From positions 40,900 to 104,899 of the forward strand of contig CAYSUM010000002.1 of assembly GCA_964434225.1 (NCBI GenBank): a stretch of 64,000 nucleotides of DNA, read 5' to 3'. A model generated the notes under the pieces. The model had not been told where the DNA came from, searched no databases, and saw nothing but the letters and a program-made list of their open reading frames with translations. Of this stretch, positions 9,299 to 19,038 are shown piece by piece. Numbering within the stretch: position 1 is the first letter of the stretch; each line of letters starts with the position of its first letter. The DNA comes from an uncultured Rhizobium sp. (GTDB lineage Bacteria > Pseudomonadota > Alphaproteobacteria > Rickettsiales > UBA1997). The position numbers and the translations under genes are program-made.

Positions 9299-10530
9299 GC
9301 GGCTAGTTTTTCGATTAATTTTCTAAACCAACTACTTTTACTCTCAAAACCGCTTTTGATTTTTTCTTTTAGATACATGTTTTTTAAAAAAACCAACATG
9401 CCAAGAGAGCAGCAATGAGCTGGGTTTAGAAGCTCGGAAGCGATGATGCTGAATTTATTTGGATAGCCAATGCGGACGTTTTTTCCTAAAATTTCTGAAG
9501 CCAATTTGTCGATGCCAACCGTTGAAGTTACGCCGCCAGTCAAAACAATATTGCTCAATAAATAAAGTGGCACGCCAGCTTTTTCTAAAGTTAACTTTAC
9601 ATTCTCAAAAATTTCTTCGATGCGCGATTTCATGATATCGCGAAATTCGGCGCGAGTAATTCTTATCATATTCGGCCCATCACTCGACATTGAAGCCTTC
9701 AAATTAATTAATTCTTTTTCTTCAATCGGGCTGATTAATAACGAACTATTAAGATTTTTGATTTTTTCAGCGGCGTCAAAAGAGATATTTAAAATTGTTG
9801 CGATGTCTTTGGTGACATGCATTCCACCGATTTGCGAATTTCCAACGTAAGATAATTTTCCATCCAAAGTAATGCAAAAAGAAGTTGAGCTGCCACCAAT
9901 ATCAATCAACAAAGTTCCTAAATTTACTTCACCTTCGTTAAGACAAGAAAGCATGGAAGCGTAAGGTTCGACCACATAATTATTTGCAGAAAGCTGACAT
10001 CTTTTTAAACAGTTTTCGATATTTTTAACTGTAGTTTGCGAAGTGGAAACGATATGAAATTTGGCGTAAAGTTTGCTGCCCGTCATGTAACGCGGATTCA
10101 CTACTGGAGTTGAGTCATCAATACGGTATTGCAGAGGAATCAGATGAATAATTTCGCGATTATTTTTCTTAAATTCGCTGCGAATTTTATGCGCCAAATT
10201 AGCGATGTCAGAAGCTTTAACAATGTCGGAAGCAATTTTAACGCTAACTTCTTTGCGCGAAGATGTAACTTGACTTCCCGAGATTCCAATTACCACACGA
10301 TCAATATTAAATCCCGCCATTCTTTCCGCTTCTGAAACTGCGTTGGTGATTGCTTTTTGTGCCAAATGCATATCAGAAATTGCGCTGTCGGAAATGCCTT
10401 TTGATTCCTTATGTCCGTAACCGACAATTCTGATATCGTCATTATTATTAATTGACGCGATCATACAAACCAGTTTGGAAGTGCCCATATCAAGGCATGC
10501 AACGATTTTTCCTTTTTTAACGTTTTTCAT
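9295..10530 (-). CDS. ftsA: Cell division protein FtsA
   Basis: 411-aa actin-like ATPase (LDMGTSKLVCMIA, LIDIGGSST). It lies downstream of ftsQ and is convergent with mfd, overlapping it by 4 nt. Confidence 0.95.
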   Translation of the reverse strand: MKNVKKGKIVACLDMGTSKLVCMIASINNNDDIRIVGYGHKESKGISDSAISDMHLAQKAITNAVSEAERMAGFNIDRVVIGISGSQVTSSRKEVSVKIASDIVKASDIANLAHKIRSEFKKNNREIIHLIPLQYRIDDSTPVVNPRYMTGSKLYAKFHIVSTSQTTVKNIENCLKRCQLSANNYVVEPYASMLSCLNEGEVNLGTLLIDIGGSSTSFCITLDGKLSYVGNSQIGGMHVTKDIATILNISFDAAEKIKNLNSSLLISPIEEKELINLKASMSSDGPNMIRITRAEFRDIMKSRIEEIFENVKLTLEKAGVPLYLLSNIVLTGGVTSTVGIDKLASEILGKNVRIGYPNKFSIIASELLNPAHCCSLGMLVFLKNMYLKEKIKSGFESKSSWFRKLIEKLAA

Positions 10531-10543
10531 TTAATCAATTTAA

Positions 10544-11428
10544 TTACAAACTCTTCAATTCTTTAATCACCGAATCAGCATATTCGAGATAGATTTTCCC
10601 CTCAACGCGCAAATCAATAATTTTAAGTCCAAGAATCGAACCCGGCATCGTATAAATTTTTATTAAACTGCGCCAAGCATCGGAAATATTATCTTCCGGC
10701 AGTTTAATTAACAGTCCATTATCGAAACGAATATCCCATCTTCTGCCGCCAAGCCAAGTCGCAGAATAAACTCTGCTGCTTAAAGTTGGATCAATAGCAA
10801 AAATATTAAACAGTGATTTAGCGTGAATATTCGCGCCCTTCCCCGACAAGATCACCAAATGTTTAAATTCTGCAATATCATTCACCAAAACTATATTTCC
10901 GTCTTTGTCGGTGACATATTTTTTTTCATCATCTTGCCAAATTGCAAATGGTTCATACTCGGTAATTGCAATGCTGATAAGGTTTGGCATATTTCTGGTG
11001 ATAACAATTTTATTCACCCAAGGCAGATTTTTTTTAATTTCAACGACTAATTTTTTGATTAAAGGTTCGTAACTTTCATCGATGTTTTTGTGCAATTCTT
11101 CCCGTTTAAAATCTTTGGCAACATTATTGACGATTGCTTCTATTTCCTCAGTTGTGACCCGTTTATTACCGGTAATTTTTACTTCCGAAAAACTTTGATT
11201 ATCTAAATTTAAATAATGAAAAAAATAGAAGGAAGTTTGTTGATAAAGCTTGTCCAAATAAATTGGACGGAAAATTTTTATCAAAATTAAAATCACCAAA
11301 ATCAGCACCAGCAAAACCGCGAAACTCTTCATCAAAAAAGGTAAAGCTTTAAGATTAATGAAGTTTTTAATGCGGCGTAAAAACCGGTTTTGAGCTAAAA
11401 AATTAGAAAATTTTTCTCTGATTTTCAT
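10544..11428 (-). CDS. ftsQ: Cell division protein FtsQ
   Basis: 294 aa with a single N-terminal TM followed by POTRA/FtsQ-type domains. It sits between ddl and ftsA. Confidence 0.85.
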   Translation of the reverse strand: MKIREKFSNFLAQNRFLRRIKNFINLKALPFLMKSFAVLLVLILVILILIKIFRPIYLDKLYQQTSFYFFHYLNLDNQSFSEVKITGNKRVTTEEIEAIVNNVAKDFKREELHKNIDESYEPLIKKLVVEIKKNLPWVNKIVITRNMPNLISIAITEYEPFAIWQDDEKKYVTDKDGNIVLVNDIAEFKHLVILSGKGANIHAKSLFNIFAIDPTLSSRVYSATWLGGRRWDIRFDNGLLIKLPEDNISDAWRSLIKIYTMPGSILGLKIIDLRVEGKIYLEYADSVIKELKSL

Positions 11429-11431
11429 GAC

Positions 11432-12364
11432 TTATGAAATGCCGCAAGATGCTGATTTTACAAGATATTCAACGATTTCTTCAAAAGAAATTCCTACATG
11501 TTTAGCAATTTTTGGAACTAACGAAGTTGGCGTAAATCCAGGATGAGTATTCACTTCCAGCAAATAGAATTTATTATCGCCGCCATCTTTATTATTTAAA
11601 ATAAAGTCAACGCGACTTACTCCCGAACATCCTACGGCCTTATGACTTTTTTCTGCTAAATCCAAAATCTCAGCATATTTTTCAGCACTGATTTCTGCTG
11701 GCATAATGTAGTCGGTCATTCCCGCGGTATATTTACATTCGTAATCGTAAAATAATTTTTTCGGTCGAACTTCAATTGCGCCCAAAGCTTTATTATCCAT
11801 CACCGCCACTTGAATTTCCTGACCCGCCAGATATTTTTCTAAAATAATTTCATCGCCATATTTCCATTCATATTTTGAAATATCGAATTGAGCATTAGGT
11901 AAAACAACTTCGACACCAACCGACGACCCTTCGTTGATTGGCTTGATTACAAAAGGTTTTCCGATGTTAAAAAGTTTTTCTTTATTTTTTTCGTCTTCGC
12001 CTTTTTTCAAAATTTCATAGCGCGGAGAGTGTATGCCTAAAGTTTCGCAAATTTTACGAGTCAAAATTTTATCCATACAAATCGCTGAAGCGGTGATTTT
12101 GCTGTGAGTGTAAGGAATATTTAAAATGTCGAGAAAGCCCTGAATTCGACCATCTTCGCCATATTGTCCATGAAGAGCATTAAAAATTACGTCTGGTTTT
12201 ACTTCCTGAATTTGCTGAAAAATTTCACGAGTTAAATCAATTTTTGTTGCTTTATATCCAAGGTTAAGAAGTGCTTGGTATGCGGCTTCGCCCGATCTTA
12301 AAGAAACTTCACGTTCCGAATTCCAGCCACCCATTAATACCGCAACGTGTAAATTTTTTGTCAT
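11432..12364 (-). CDS. ddl: D-alanine--D-alanine ligase
   Basis: ATP-grasp enzyme with VAVLMGGWNSEREVSLRSG, ALHGQYGEDG and LLEVNTHPG motifs. I trimmed the start to the ATG at 12364 (MTKNLHV...); the longer track ORF would overlap the upstream gene. Confidence 0.93.
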   Translation of the reverse strand: MTKNLHVAVLMGGWNSEREVSLRSGEAAYQALLNLGYKATKIDLTREIFQQIQEVKPDVIFNALHGQYGEDGRIQGFLDILNIPYTHSKITASAICMDKILTRKICETLGIHSPRYEILKKGEDEKNKEKLFNIGKPFVIKPINEGSSVGVEVVLPNAQFDISKYEWKYGDEIILEKYLAGQEIQVAVMDNKALGAIEVRPKKLFYDYECKYTAGMTDYIMPAEISAEKYAEILDLAEKSHKAVGCSGVSRVDFILNNKDGGDNKFYLLEVNTHPGFTPTSLVPKIAKHVGISFEEIVEYLVKSASCGIS

Positions 12365-12365
12365 A

Positions 12366-12689
12366 TTATTCTTTTTTATCAGTTGGTTTTTTTGGATTAG
12401 AAAGTTCAGAAGCTTTATTAAAATCTTTTTCCAAGCCATGCGATGATTGCAATTCATCGATTACATATTTACAAAGTTCCTCAAAAGACACGCGACCATT
12501 ATCAGAAATCGTCTTCAATTTTGTAAAAGATTCCATGATGTCATTTGGAACTGCACCGCCCTTTTCTTTACCCAGCCAGCGATTTTGAAAAGCAAGTGGA
12601 TGCGATCCAGGAGAAGGATTGCCAATGTAAAGAGTGACCGGCAATTTTTTACCGTTAAAATCACAATTTATCGTAAATTTTTGAACCAT
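12366..12689 (-). CDS. Small conserved-looking hypothetical protein (107 aa)
   Basis: The ORF is packed with 1-nt gaps between the IMPase-family gene and ddl. There is no signal peptide and I cannot confidently name a family. Confidence 0.5.
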   Translation of the reverse strand: MVQKFTINCDFNGKKLPVTLYIGNPSPGSHPLAFQNRWLGKEKGGAVPNDIMESFTKLKTISDNGRVSFEELCKYVIDELQSSHGLEKDFNKASELSNPKKPTDKKE

Positions 12690-12690
12690 A

Positions 12691-13494
12691 TTATTTGATG
12701 AATGTTACGAAAGGTTGATTGAAAAAATTCGATTTTTTGTAACTCAAATTATCGCCAATCCAAATTTTATTTTGATCTAAAGACATTGTTTTTACTGAGC
12801 CTTGCATCAGCTCCACAAGAGCTTGTCCAGAAGCCGTATCCCATTCCATCGATTGGCGAAAATGTAGATAAAGATCAGCGTCATTTTCTAAAATTCTAAA
12901 AAATTTTATCGCGGAAGAAAGTCTTTCAATACGAATTTCTTCACTAAAATTTTGATAAATTTGTTCGATGTAATTTGCAACATCGCTATCTTTGGTTCTT
13001 CGACTGGTAACGATTCGCAAAATATTCGACGCAGATTTTTTAAATGCCAAAACTTTTTTTTCACCCGAATTATTTTGTACAATAATTTTATTTTCGTGAT
13101 CTGAAAAAATCATTTTTCCACCTTCAAAAAGTGGAGCGTAAATTAAACCGAAAATTGCTTTACGATCTTTTACCAAAGCAATGTTTACAGCAAATTCAGG
13201 GCTTTTATCAATAAAGCTTGAAGTGCCATCAATTGGATCAATTAACCAAAAAATATCGTCAACTTCGCGTAAGTTTCCCTCTTCACAAATGATAGAAATT
13301 TGAGGGAATTCTTTACTTAATTTTTGATTGATGAATTTACTTACTGCGATGTCAGCACTAGTTACGCTAGAGCCATCAGATTTTTTCATGATTTCGAATT
13401 TTCCTGATTTCCAAAAATTCGCTGCGATTTCTCCAGCTTCAAAAGCGCAAGAAATTATTTTTTCAATTTGATTTTGGTTAAAAAAACTACTCAC
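12691..13494 (-). CDS. Inositol monophosphatase / CysQ-type 3'(2'),5'-bisphosphate nucleotidase family protein
   Basis: It carries the WLIDPIDGTSSF metal-binding motif and a C-terminal WDTASGQAL motif typical of the IMPase superfamily. Confidence 0.8.
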   Translation of the reverse strand: MSSFFNQNQIEKIISCAFEAGEIAANFWKSGKFEIMKKSDGSSVTSADIAVSKFINQKLSKEFPQISIICEEGNLREVDDIFWLIDPIDGTSSFIDKSPEFAVNIALVKDRKAIFGLIYAPLFEGGKMIFSDHENKIIVQNNSGEKKVLAFKKSASNILRIVTSRRTKDSDVANYIEQIYQNFSEEIRIERLSSAIKFFRILENDADLYLHFRQSMEWDTASGQALVELMQGSVKTMSLDQNKIWIGDNLSYKKSNFFNQPFVTFIK

Positions 13495-14054
13495 TATTTT
13501 TGACTGGCCTCAGATTCTTTATATTCGCGAGCCAACTCGGCGTAGTTATCAGCCGAAATTTGAATATAATTTTTTTCACTTTCCGTCATGTCACGAAAAT
13601 ATTTTGCTGGATTGCCCGCCCAAATTTGTCCAGTTTTTACAACTCTTCCCGGAGTAAGCACCGCACCAGCTGCAAGCATACCAAATTTTTCGACTCGCGC
13701 CAAATCCATCACCAGCGAACCCATGCCGATAAAAGCATAATCTTCGATGATGCAAGCGTGAATAATCGCGCCATGACCAATTGTAACATTGCTTCCAACG
13801 ATTACTGGAGCGCCTTGTGCGCCAGTTTTATTTTGAGCGTGATTGGGACGAGTTCCGTGCATCACGCAATTATCTTGGATGTTGGTATTGTCGCCAATGA
13901 CGATTTTTGTAACGTCTCCACGCAAAACACAACCGTACCAAATTCCAGAATTTTTCCCGATTTTTACATCGCCAGAAAGAATTGCAGTTGATGCCACGAA
14001 AGCAGAAGAATCAATTGTTGGCGCGATACCGCGATAAGGCAAAATATTTTTCAT
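13494..14054 (-). CDS. Gamma-class carbonic anhydrase family / hexapeptide-repeat protein (YrdA/PaaY-like)
   Basis: 186 aa with left-handed beta-helix hexapeptide repeats (IGDNTNIQDNCVMH..VTIGHGAIIHACIIED). Confidence 0.85.
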   Translation of the reverse strand: MKNILPYRGIAPTIDSSAFVASTAILSGDVKIGKNSGIWYGCVLRGDVTKIVIGDNTNIQDNCVMHGTRPNHAQNKTGAQGAPVIVGSNVTIGHGAIIHACIIEDYAFIGMGSLVMDLARVEKFGMLAAGAVLTPGRVVKTGQIWAGNPAKYFRDMTESEKNYIQISADNYAELAREYKESEASQK

Positions 14055-15211
14055 TAGACCAACTCCTCAAATTCTTTAATTGCATAACGATCGGTCATTC
14101 CGGCAATGTAATCCGAAATAAAAATCGCTAAAGTTTTTTTATCGGTAATTTTTAACGCTTCAGCGGCGCGTTCATCGGGCAAACAGCTTGGGGTTTCGAT
14201 GTAAAAATCAAACAAGCCGCTGACAATTTTTTTCGCACTTGCTGTCATACGATTCACTGTCGAATGACGATACATATTTTGCATCAGAAATTTTTTTAAA
14301 GCTTGGTGTGCCGCTTCCATTTCGGGAGAAAAATGCACTAAAAATTTTCCACATAAACGCACATCTTTTTCGCTTTCGATTTTATTTTCTGCGAGGTTTT
14401 TTTGCGTCACATCAATCACATTAATTACCATCGCCAAAGTCAGACGTTTTTTGGCCTCGCCGACTAATAATTCTCGCTTAATTTCTGGATATTGCACCAA
14501 AATTTCTTGATAAATTTTACCGATTATAGGCAATTCAAAAAGCTCTTCGATCTTGAATAATTCAGCACGCAAACCGTCTTCGATATCGTGATTATTGTAA
14601 GCAATATCATCGGAAATTGCCGAAATTTGTGATTCGATTGACGGAAAATGTTTAATGTCTAAATCATGCTTAAAATCGTAATCACGAATATAATCGTGAA
14701 GCCCTTCTTTTTCTAAGATTGGGCCATTATGTTTTACAACACCTTCCAACATTTCCCACGATAAATTTAAGCCTTCAAATTCGATAAAACGAGTCTCTAA
14801 TTTTGTGATAATTTTTAGCGTGTGGGCATTGTGAGAAAAGCCGCCAAAATCTGCCATTTTTTCATTTAATGCATCTTCGCCAGCATGTCCAAAAGGGGTG
14901 TGACCCAAGTCGTGAGCCAGCGAAACGATTTCGGCTAAATCTTTGTTAACTTTAAGAGCGCCAGCAATCCAACGTGCAATTTGTGCAACTTCCAAACTAT
15001 GCGTAAGTCTTGTGCGGTAATGATCGCCCTCATGATTTACAAAAACTTGGGTTTTATATTGCAAACGACGAAAAGCTGAAGAATTGATGACGCGATCACG
15101 ATCGCGACCAAAAACTGAACGATATTTTGAATCGTCATAATTCTCGGAGTAAAGCCTGCCACGCGATTTCGACTCATCAACTGCGAAAGGCGCTAATTCA
15201 AAATTTATCAT
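14054..15211 (-). CDS. dGTPase-like deoxynucleoside triphosphate triphosphohydrolase (HD domain)
   Basis: FRRLQYKTQVF, RLTHSLEVAQI and AHDLGHTPFGH motifs are present in a 385-aa protein. Confidence 0.9.
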   Translation of the reverse strand: MINFELAPFAVDESKSRGRLYSENYDDSKYRSVFGRDRDRVINSSAFRRLQYKTQVFVNHEGDHYRTRLTHSLEVAQIARWIAGALKVNKDLAEIVSLAHDLGHTPFGHAGEDALNEKMADFGGFSHNAHTLKIITKLETRFIEFEGLNLSWEMLEGVVKHNGPILEKEGLHDYIRDYDFKHDLDIKHFPSIESQISAISDDIAYNNHDIEDGLRAELFKIEELFELPIIGKIYQEILVQYPEIKRELLVGEAKKRLTLAMVINVIDVTQKNLAENKIESEKDVRLCGKFLVHFSPEMEAAHQALKKFLMQNMYRHSTVNRMTASAKKIVSGLFDFYIETPSCLPDERAAEALKITDKKTLAIFISDYIAGMTDRYAIKEFEELV

Positions 15212-15348
15212 TTAATCAAGGTTAGAATTACAAAAATCACACCCAAAGTTAGCAAAACGATTCCAAGAGCAATTGTGGTTGCTTTAGCCATTATCAACGC
15301 TTTATCAGGATTTGGGTCTGGCTTTTCTTGAGGTTTTTCTTCGGTCAT
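15208..15348 (-). CDS. Candidate 46-aa single-pass membrane protein (below the ORF-track size cut-off)
   Basis: My translation is MTEEKPQEKPDPNPDKALIMAKATTIALGIVLLTLGVIFVILTLIK*. Its ATG overlaps the TAA of the upstream gene (TAATG) and its TGA overlaps the dGTPase ATG (ATGA), so it exactly fills the 136-nt gap. Confidence 0.4.
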   Translation of the reverse strand: MTEEKPQEKPDPNPDKALIMAKATTIALGIVLLTLGVIFVILTLIK

Positions 15349-16445
15349 TATTTACGCAATAAATATTTTTGCGGACTATTTGGCTCTGATTTTACTATGA
15401 ATAATCTTTTGTCTGGACCAAGGCCAAGCAAGTTTTGAAACACATCACCTAAAATTGCGCGCGATGAATAATATCCATGACCCAAGCCCAAAGCTGAATC
15501 ATCAATCAAGCCAACATTTATAACGTCAATATTATCATCGCTGATGATAGCGCAGGCTCCAAGTCGTTCATTTTTATTAAAAGTTTTTGAAGCAATCATC
15601 GCTTTATCATTTTGCGAACAATAAAGCGTAACATGATCGCTGACCTTAGCGAGATTCTTTGCGAAAGATCTAAATTCACCAACTGGAAAGTCGGGTGCAT
15701 TTAAAATTAATTTGTTAATGAATGTTTTTTTGGGATTGGTTTGAGCCAAATTTTTTAAAGCCGGAAGCACAACTTGATGTCCCATGGAGTGAACTGCCAA
15801 ATTAATTTTTATGTCATTTTTTTGCAGATCGAGAAGAAAATTTTTAAAGGCTTCAACCGATGCTTTTGCAGTAGTTGCGTTATCTGCATAAGTTTTATTC
15901 AGCATCTTGTCGTCAAGAAAAGCGTCTCCTGATCCTGCTGGCCAAGTAAAAAGAACGACTGGACCTTGATATTTTAAATCATACGCAATCTGTGCCGCAC
16001 GCAAAACCGCTTCTTGATAACGAACATTAAAACCATGAACAAAAACAAGTGGAATGCGTTTTGTTTTTTTGATCGCATCAATTAAATCGCTTTCGGGCAA
16101 AGGTTTAGCGCCAAGAATTTTAAAATAGTTCTGCGAAGATTGACGGACATCTTTTGCCAGTTCTATTTCTCCAATCGTGTGATTTTTTGGCACATTAATT
16201 TGGCAAATACCATATTGCACAACATCGCTAATAGCAGCTCCAAACTGATCATCCGAGCAGGTAAAAGTGTTATCTTTTGCTTTACGATTGGTAATAACGA
16301 ATACGTCAACAGTTCTGGTTTGATTGAATTCTTTTTCAAAATAATCCAACCAAGCAGAGTTAAAATTTTTTTGCATTTTCTCTTCACGAGTGACACAAGA
16401 AGCTAAAAGAGAAATTAACAATAATGCCAAACTAAGCTTTTTCAT
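15348..16445 (-). CDS. Lipoprotein, alpha/beta-hydrolase fold (DUF900-like)
   Basis: Signal peptide plus lipobox LLAS|C. VFVHGFNVRYQEA and a HSMGH nucleophile-elbow-like motif are present. Confidence 0.65.
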   Translation of the reverse strand: MKKLSLALLLISLLASCVTREEKMQKNFNSAWLDYFEKEFNQTRTVDVFVITNRKAKDNTFTCSDDQFGAAISDVVQYGICQINVPKNHTIGEIELAKDVRQSSQNYFKILGAKPLPESDLIDAIKKTKRIPLVFVHGFNVRYQEAVLRAAQIAYDLKYQGPVVLFTWPAGSGDAFLDDKMLNKTYADNATTAKASVEAFKNFLLDLQKNDIKINLAVHSMGHQVVLPALKNLAQTNPKKTFINKLILNAPDFPVGEFRSFAKNLAKVSDHVTLYCSQNDKAMIASKTFNKNERLGACAIISDDNIDVINVGLIDDSALGLGHGYYSSRAILGDVFQNLLGLGPDKRLFIVKSEPNSPQKYLLRK

Positions 16446-16455
16446 GAGATATTAT

Positions 16456-17667
16456 TTAAGAAATTACACCGAGTTTTTTTCCAACCTTTATGAATGCCGC
16501 AATAGCAGAATCTAGATGGTCTCTTTCATGCGCCGCCGAAATTTGTACACGAATGCGCGCTTCATTTTTTGGCACAACTGGAAACGAAAATGCAATGACA
16601 TAAATCGATTCTTCTTCCACCATCATTTTGGCAAATTTACTGGCCAATAAAGCATCGCGCAACATTACAGGCACAACGGGATGAACTCCGTTTTTGTCGC
16701 GCACATCAAATCCAGCTTCAACCATTTTTGCTCTGAAATAAGCGGTATTTTCGGCAACTTTTTTGATCAAAGTTTTTGACTTCAAAATCATATCCAAAAT
16801 TTCAATTCCTGCCGCCGCAACCGCTGGTAAAATATTATTCGAAAAAAGATAAGGACGCGCTTTGTTGCGCAATTTATCGATCACTTCTTTTTTGGAAGCG
16901 ACGAAGCCCCCACCCGCTCCGCCCAAGGCTTTTCCAAGAGTTGAAGTTAGAATATCAACCCGACCTTCAACACCGCAAAGTTCCAAAGTTCCGCGACCAT
17001 TTTCGCCGATAAATCCTGTAGCATGAGAATCGTCAACCAAAACCAAAGCATCATATTTTTCTGCTAAATCGCAGATTGTTTTCAAATCAGCAATGTCGCC
17101 ATCCATTGAAAATACACCGTCGGTGACTATAACACGATTTCTGTTTTGTTGAGCATCTTGTAATTTTTTTTCTAAATCTGACATGTCGTCAAATTTGTAA
17201 AAATAGCGCGCGGCTTTGGAAAGTCTGATTCCGTCAATCAAACTGGCATGATTTAAATCAGCAGAAATAATCGCATCTTGTTCATCAAAAAGCGCTGCAA
17301 ACACGCCACCATTAGCGGCAAAACAAGAAGAAAAAGTTATAACATCTTCAAATCCTAAAAATTCTGCGAGTTTTTTTTCGAACTGTTTATGTAAATCAAA
17401 AGTACCACAAATAAAGCGAACTGACGCAGTTCCAAGCCCATATTCATCAAGCGATTTTTTTGCCACTTCCACCAGATTTTTGCTATTAGCCAAACCTAAA
17501 TAATTATTAGCACAAAAATTCAAAACTTTCTTTTTTGAATTTTTGTGAGTGATTTCAATTTCCGATGATTGCGAAGTGATAATTTCATATTCACTTTTGT
17601 AGAGACCGCTTGATTTTAGATCTTCCAACTCAGATTTGATATCGTTTAGAAATTGCTGCTTGATCAT
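16456..17667 (-). CDS. kbl: 2-amino-3-ketobutyrate CoA ligase (glycine C-acetyltransferase)
   Basis: The protein is collinear with E. coli Kbl as I recall it: NFCANNYLGLAN, ASVRFICGT, DGVFSMDGDIA, DDSHATGF, TLGKALGG, FSFPVVPK. Confidence 0.9.
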   Translation of the reverse strand: MIKQQFLNDIKSELEDLKSSGLYKSEYEIITSQSSEIEITHKNSKKKVLNFCANNYLGLANSKNLVEVAKKSLDEYGLGTASVRFICGTFDLHKQFEKKLAEFLGFEDVITFSSCFAANGGVFAALFDEQDAIISADLNHASLIDGIRLSKAARYFYKFDDMSDLEKKLQDAQQNRNRVIVTDGVFSMDGDIADLKTICDLAEKYDALVLVDDSHATGFIGENGRGTLELCGVEGRVDILTSTLGKALGGAGGGFVASKKEVIDKLRNKARPYLFSNNILPAVAAAGIEILDMILKSKTLIKKVAENTAYFRAKMVEAGFDVRDKNGVHPVVPVMLRDALLASKFAKMMVEEESIYVIAFSFPVVPKNEARIRVQISAAHERDHLDSAIAAFIKVGKKLGVIS

Positions 17668-17737
17668 TTTGAAGATTAATTTTGTTTGGTTTTTAAGACA
17701 GATAGGTTCAAAGAAGATTAAAATTCATACCAGACAA

Positions 17738-17765
17738 TTGACAAGTCAAAATTGCCAAATAGTTT
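17738..17765 (+). promoter_or_regulatory. Candidate sigma-70 promoter for the MNIO cassette
   Basis: TTGACA (17738-17743), a 16-nt spacer, then TAGTTT (17760-17765), ~70 nt upstream of the precursor ATG. The -35 is embedded in the palindrome TTGACaaGTCAA. Confidence 0.25.
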
Positions 17766-17832
17766 GCGCCACCATCAACACCGCCACAAACCTATCTTTT
17801 CCTTATAAAAAAATCTTAATCTAGGTAAAACT

Positions 17833-18159
17833 ATGAACAAAAAATTCTTGCAGTCAGTTGCTGCTGGTATTGCTACCCTAAGCCTTGTTGCTTCTTGCTC
17901 ACACTTGGGTCTTAAAAAAGAATCTAACACTTGTGGCGCTAAAAATGGTTGTGCGGCCGCTACTAAAAAAGACGAAGCTCACAAATGTTCTTCAAAAAAC
18001 AAAGAAGCTCACAAATGTGCAGCTGTAAAAAAAGAAGAAGCTAAAGAAGTTAAAAAAGCAGAAACTACTAAAAAAGGTCACAAAAAACACAAAAAAGCTG
18101 AAGTTGTAAAAGCTGATGCCGCTAAAACTGAAGCTAAAACTGAAGAAAAGAAAAACTAA
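17833..18159 (+). CDS. Secreted lipoprotein with Cys motifs and a Lys-rich tail; candidate MNIO RiPP precursor (bufferin/HvfA-like)
   Basis: Signal peptide and lipobox LVAS|C22 come first. These are followed by CGAKNGC and two EAHKC(S/A)(S/A) motifs, then a K/E/A-rich tail. The gene lies 10 nt upstream of the DUF692 gene. Confidence 0.6.
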   Translation: MNKKFLQSVAAGIATLSLVASCSHLGLKKESNTCGAKNGCAAATKKDEAHKCSSKNKEAHKCAAVKKEEAKEVKKAETTKKGHKKHKKAEVVKADAAKTEAKTEEKKN

Positions 18160-18168
18160 TTTTTAGTT

Positions 18169-19038
18169 ATGAGTTTTAGAAAAGTTCCGACTCCAGCAAA
18201 TTTAGTTGGGGTCGGGCTTCGATCCCCTCACATCTCCTACATCCTTACAAATCCCAAAAAAATTTCACAAAAAATCGGTTGGTTTGAAGTTCACAGCGAA
18301 AACTATTATGCCGATCAAAGCACGCTACAAAAGGATTTACTTACTATTCGCAAAAATTTCCCTATCAGCTTACATTCGGTTGGAAACTCTCTTGGATCAG
18401 CGCAAAAGCTTGATCTAATACACTTAAAGAAATTAAAAAATCTGGTTGAAAAAGTTGAACCATTTTTAATTTCAGATCATATTTCTTGGGGCAGAATTGA
18501 CGGCAATCACTTAAACGATTTATTGCCTCTACCCTACACCAAAGGCACTTTAAAGGCTATCTCTCGCAATATTTTGCAAATGCAAGATTTTTTAAAACGC
18601 GAAATTTTAGTCGAAAATCCTTCCGCTTATTTAGCCTTTAAAAATCAAGAAATGGACGAAGCAGAATTTATTAATGCTCTGACAAAAGAAACCGGCTGCG
18701 GATTATTACTTGACGTAAATAACATTTTTGTAAGCTCGCAAAACTGCTCCCAATTTGATCCGGTGAGCTATCTAAAAAAATTAAATAAAAAAATTGTCAA
18801 AGAAATTCATTTAGCCGGACATTCGAAATCGCAAATTTTTGACGGCAAAAATCATCAAGAAATTTTGATCGATACTCACAATAATTTAGTGTGCGACGAA
18901 GTCTGGGAAATCTACAAATTAGCCATTAAACGCTTTGGACCAGTTCCATCTTTAATTGAGTGGGATCAAGATTTTCCTGAATTTAATGTACTTTTGGATG
19001 AAGCAAAAAAAGCGCGGGAGATTTTAAAAAATGACTAA
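18169..19038 (+). CDS. DUF692 family multinuclear non-heme iron oxidase (MNIO; MbnB/BufB/HvfB-like)
   Basis: 289 aa with family hallmarks GVGLRSPH, WFEVHSENY, SLHSVGNSLGS, ISDHISWG, LLPLPYT, LVENPSAY, GLLLDVNNIFV, HLAGH, IDTH and SLIEWD. Confidence 0.9.
   Translation: MSFRKVPTPANLVGVGLRSPHISYILTNPKKISQKIGWFEVHSENYYADQSTLQKDLLTIRKNFPISLHSVGNSLGSAQKLDLIHLKKLKNLVEKVEPFLISDHISWGRIDGNHLNDLLPLPYTKGTLKAISRNILQMQDFLKREILVENPSAYLAFKNQEMDEAEFINALTKETGCGLLLDVNNIFVSSQNCSQFDPVSYLKKLNKKIVKEIHLAGHSKSQIFDGKNHQEILIDTHNNLVCDEVWEIYKLAIKRFGPVPSLIEWDQDFPEFNVLLDEAKKAREILKND

Noticed and set aside
12365-12457. 31-codon 5' extension of ddl
   Set aside because: The extension would overlap the upstream 107-aa ORF. 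Ddl homology begins at MTKNLHVAVLMGG.
17700-17797. Riboswitch-like leader upstream of kbl or the MNIO precursor (9-bp arms agataggtt / aacctatct, 80 nt apart)
   Set aside because: I found no match to the glycine, TPP or other riboswitch cores that I can recognise. The arms enclose the candidate promoter, so a transcribed structure is doubtful.
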